Origin: Candidatus Methylomirabilales bacterium
GTDB lineage: Bacteria > Methylomirabilota > Methylomirabilia > Methylomirabilales > CSP1-5
Direction of reading: 5' to 3'
Assembly (NCBI GenBank): GCA_046758405.1
Contig: JBHIAD010000003.1
Coordinates: forward strand, 1-32,242
DNA length: 32,242 nt
The notes under the pieces were generated by a model. The model was not told the origin of the DNA. It did no database searches and was given only the letters and a program-made list of their open reading frames with translations. The translations under genes were made by a program, and so were the position numbers. This document shows, in pieces, positions 28,014 through 32,242 of the stretch. Numbering within the stretch: the stretch's first letter is position 1; each line of letters starts with the position of its first letter.

Positions 28014-29543
28014 ATGGTGCAGATCCGGGCAGACGAGATCAGCGAGATTATCAAAGCGCACCTCAAGGGGTACGAGGCCACCCTGGACGTCGCCGAGGTG
28101 GGGACCGTCATCGATGTGGGAGATGGGATCGCCCACGTCCACGGTTTGGAAAAGGCCATGGCCGGGGAGCTCATCGAGTTCCCCCATGAGGTTGTGGGTA
28201 TGATCCTCAACCTGGAAGAGGGCAGCGTGGGGGCGGTCCTCTTTGGTGGGGAGACCGAGATCAAGGAGGGGGACCAGGTGCGGCGGACAGGACGGATCGC
28301 CCAGGTTCCGGTGGGGGAGGCCCTGATCGGCCGCGTGGTGAACGCCCTTGGGCAGCCGGTGGATGGGAAGGGTCCCATTGCGGCCGAAGAGACCCGCCCC
28401 ATCGAGCGCCTCGCCCCCGGGGTCGTGGATCGCCGCCCCGTCAATGAGCCGCTCCAAACCGGCCTCAAGGCCATTGATGCCATGATCCCGATCGGCCGGG
28501 GGCAGCGGGAGCTGATCATCGGGGACCGGCAGACCGGCAAGACCGCCATTGCCGTGGACACCATCCTGAACCAGAGGGGGAAGGACGTCTTCTGCTTTTA
28601 CGTCGCTATCGGCCAGAAACGATCCACGGTGGCGCAGGTGGTGAAGATCTTCGAGGACGCAGGGGCCATGGAGTACACCACGGTGATCGTGGCGACCGCC
28701 TCGGAGACGGCCCCTCTCCAGTACATCGCCCCCTACGCGGGCTGCGCCATGGGCGAGTACTTCCGGGACTCGAAGCGGCACGCGCTGTGTATCTACGACG
28801 ATCTCTCCAAGCACGCGGCAGCCTACCGCCAGCTCTCCCTCCTGCTCCGGCGCCCGCCGGGCCGTGAGGCCTACCCCGGGGATGTCTTCTATCTGCACTC
28901 CCGGCTCCTCGAGCGTGCGGCCAAACTGAACGATGCGCTCGGGGGCGGGTCCCTCACCGCGCTCCCCATCATCGAGACTCAGCTGGGTGACGTTTCGGCC
29001 TACATCCCGACGAACGTGATCTCCATCACCGATGGTCAGATCTACCTGGAAGGCGACCTCTTCTTCGCGGGGGTCCGCCCGGCTGTGAACGTGGGGCTCT
29101 CGGTCTCGCGGGTCGGGGGCGCCGCCCAGATCAAAGCGATGAAGCAGGTCGCAGGGCGCCTGCGCCTCGACCTGGCCCAGTACCGCGAGCTGTCCGCCTT
29201 TGCCCAGTTCGGCTCCGAGCTTGACAAGGCCACCCAGGCCCAGCTCAACCGAGGGGAGCGGATGGTGGAGATGCTGAAGCAGGATCAGTACTGCCCCCTT
29301 CCGGTCGAAAAGCAGATTGCGATCGTCTACGCGGGGATCAACGGCCACGTGGACGATGTCCCCGTGGAGGCGATTCGGGAGTTCGAGGCAGGGCTCTACA
29401 AGTTCATGGACAGCCGGTACCCAGAGGTCCTGAAGGGAATGGTGGAGAAGAGGGAGCTGAATGACGAGCTCCGCAAAGAGCTCGATCAGGCGATCCGAGA
29501 GTGCAAGACTGAGTTCCTCGCGGCACGGGAGAAGGCGGCCTAG
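28014..29543 (+). CDS. atpA: ATP synthase alpha subunit
   Basis: [44 protein letters not shown]. Confidence 0.99.
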   Translation: MVQIRADEISEIIKAHLKGYEATLDVAEVGTVIDVGDGIAHVHGLEKAMAGELIEFPHEVVGMILNLEEGSVGAVLFGGETEIKEGDQVRRTGRIAQVPVGEALIGRVVNALGQPVDGKGPIAAEETRPIERLAPGVVDRRPVNEPLQTGLKAIDAMIPIGRGQRELIIGDRQTGKTAIAVDTILNQRGKDVFCFYVAIGQKRSTVAQVVKIFEDAGAMEYTTVIVATASETAPLQYIAPYAGCAMGEYFRDSKRHALCIYDDLSKHAAAYRQLSLLLRRPPGREAYPGDVFYLHSRLLERAAKLNDALGGGSLTALPIIETQLGDVSAYIPTNVISITDGQIYLEGDLFFAGVRPAVNVGLSVSRVGGAAQIKAMKQVAGRLRLDLAQYRELSAFAQFGSELDKATQAQLNRGERMVEMLKQDQYCPLPVEKQIAIVYAGINGHVDDVPVEAIREFEAGLYKFMDSRYPEVLKGMVEKRELNDELRKELDQAIRECKTEFLAAREKAA

Positions 29544-29579
29544 CCCCCGGGAGTCAAGAGATCGAGGGAGTCCGTCCCG

Positions 29580-30458
29580 ATGGCGACGCTGAGAGACATT
29601 CGGCGCAGGATCCGGAGCGTCGAGAGCACGCAGAAGATCACCAAGGCGATGAAGATGGTCGCTGCGGCGAAGCTCCGTCGAGCTCAGCAGCGGATCCTGG
29701 AGGCTAGGCCCTACGCCTTCAAGCTGCAAGAGGTCATCGGCTCCCTCGCGCTCCGCTCCGAGGCAGCCCGGCACCCCCTCCTCGAACGGCGCGAGACGGG
29801 CCGGAAGGGGTTGGTGGTAGTGGCGGGAGACAAGGGGCTTTGCGGGGCCTTCAACGCGAATATCATCCGGAAGGCGAGCGAGTACCTCCGGAGGACGCAG
29901 GCGGAGACACTGCAGGTGATCCTCCTCGTCGTCGGTCGAAAGGCACGGGACTTCTTCCGGCGCCGGCAGGTCAAGCGGCATGCCGAATACATCAATGTCT
30001 TCGATCGCCTCGCGTATAGCCATGCCGCCGAAATCGGAGCCGAATTGGCCCGGGCATACGGGAACGGGGAGATGGACGAGGTACACCTCGTCTACAATGA
30101 GTTCAAGTCGGCCGTAGCACAACGACCGGTACTCGAGCGGCTCCTTCCGATTGAGCCCTTAGAGGCTCCTGAGGATCTCAAGCCGGTCGACTTCATCTTT
30201 GAACCCTCCCCCCAGGCGATCTTAGGCGATCTGTTGCCGCGACATGTCGAGATCCAGGTCTTCCGGGCGCTCCTTGAGTCGGCGGCAGCGGAACTGGGGG
30301 CGCGGATGACCGCAATGGAGGGGGCGACGAAGGCGGCGGGTGACATGATCGAACGTCTGACGCTGCAGTTCAACAAGGCCCGCCAGGAGAAGATCACGAA
30401 GGAGCTGATGGACATCGTCGGTGGGGCGGAGGCGTTGCGGCAGGCGGGGGCTGGATGA
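29580..30458 (+). CDS. atpG: ATP synthase gamma subunit
   Basis: KITKAMKMVAAAKLR, DKGLCGAFN, ARMTAM, NKARQEKITKEL. Confidence 0.98.
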   Translation: MATLRDIRRRIRSVESTQKITKAMKMVAAAKLRRAQQRILEARPYAFKLQEVIGSLALRSEAARHPLLERRETGRKGLVVVAGDKGLCGAFNANIIRKASEYLRRTQAETLQVILLVVGRKARDFFRRRQVKRHAEYINVFDRLAYSHAAEIGAELARAYGNGEMDEVHLVYNEFKSAVAQRPVLERLLPIEPLEAPEDLKPVDFIFEPSPQAILGDLLPRHVEIQVFRALLESAAAELGARMTAMEGATKAAGDMIERLTLQFNKARQEKITKELMDIVGGAEALRQAGAG

Positions 30459-30595
30459 TTCGACATAGCCCCCGCGGCGGTTCCAAGTCGGGCGGGATCT
30501 CACGGGAGAGAGCGGTGGGGCGCAGGGTTCGCAACGGCGCACAACGGGGGGCCATGCAAGGCAGATCGGACCGACGGCTCGCAGCCGACGGGTAG

Positions 30596-32065
<1,470 letters not shown>

Positions 32066-32067
32066 AG

Positions 32068-32137
32068 CAGTTCACAGTTCACGGACGGAGACCGGATGTG
32101 GGATTTTTCTGTGAACCGTGAGCTGTGAACGGTGAAC
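32068..32137. repeat. Inverted arrays of heptamer tandem repeats (GTTCACA / TGTGAAC)
   Basis: GTTCACA-GTTCACG (32070-32083) versus TGTGAAC-CGTGAGC-TGTGAAC-GGTGAAC (32110-32137); can form a 15-bp stem. Confidence 0.75.
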
Positions 32138-32151
32138 CCGAGGGAACGCGG

Positions 32152-32242
32152 ATGGCGACGGTTGAGGCGATTCCAAAGACCGTGACGCTGGAAGTCGTGA
32201 CCCCGCAGCGGCTTGTCGTCAGTGAGATGGTGGAAGAGATCA
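32152..32242 (+). CDS. atpC: ATP synthase epsilon subunit (truncated by window end)
   Basis: MATVEAIPKTVTLEVVTPQRLVVSEMVEEI; LEVVTP motif, follows atpD. Confidence 0.92.
   Translation, partial: MATVEAIPKTVTLEVVTPQRLVVSEMVEEI

Noticed and set aside
27627-30122. 831-aa minus-strand ORF, and other long antisense ORFs such as 20619-22217, 17081-18502 and 11155-12354
   Set aside because: Shadows of well-supported plus-strand genes.

Overview
High-GC bacterial chromosomal origin region; the lineage is possibly Methylomirabilota/Rokubacteria-like, which is inference from gene style only. The left arm (minus strand) carries dnaN, a decayed recF relic, gyrB and a truncated gyrA. A ~725 bp divergent intergenic holds DnaA boxes, an IHF-like site and DnaA-trio-like repeats, but no dnaA gene. 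The right arm (plus strand) runs rpmH-rnpA-yidD-yidC, an MBL-fold hydrolase where jag/mnmE/mnmG usually sit, rsmG, a perfect parS and parA-parB. A small accessory patch follows (DUF4149-like protein, secreted hairpin protein, Slp lipoprotein, a cassette-like gene and a secreted unknown). Next is an apparently single, translationally coupled operon: bactofilin, mnmA, a membrane protein, DUF58, a 1458-aa BatA/triple-vWA fusion, a TPR protein and MoxR. The window ends with an F-type ATPase operon (atpI-F-H-A-G-D-C) lacking atpB and atpE. The main surprises are an origin without dnaA, an unannotated recF pseudogene, several start/stop 'scars' where core genes are expected, and the bactofilin/MoxR-vWA operon.
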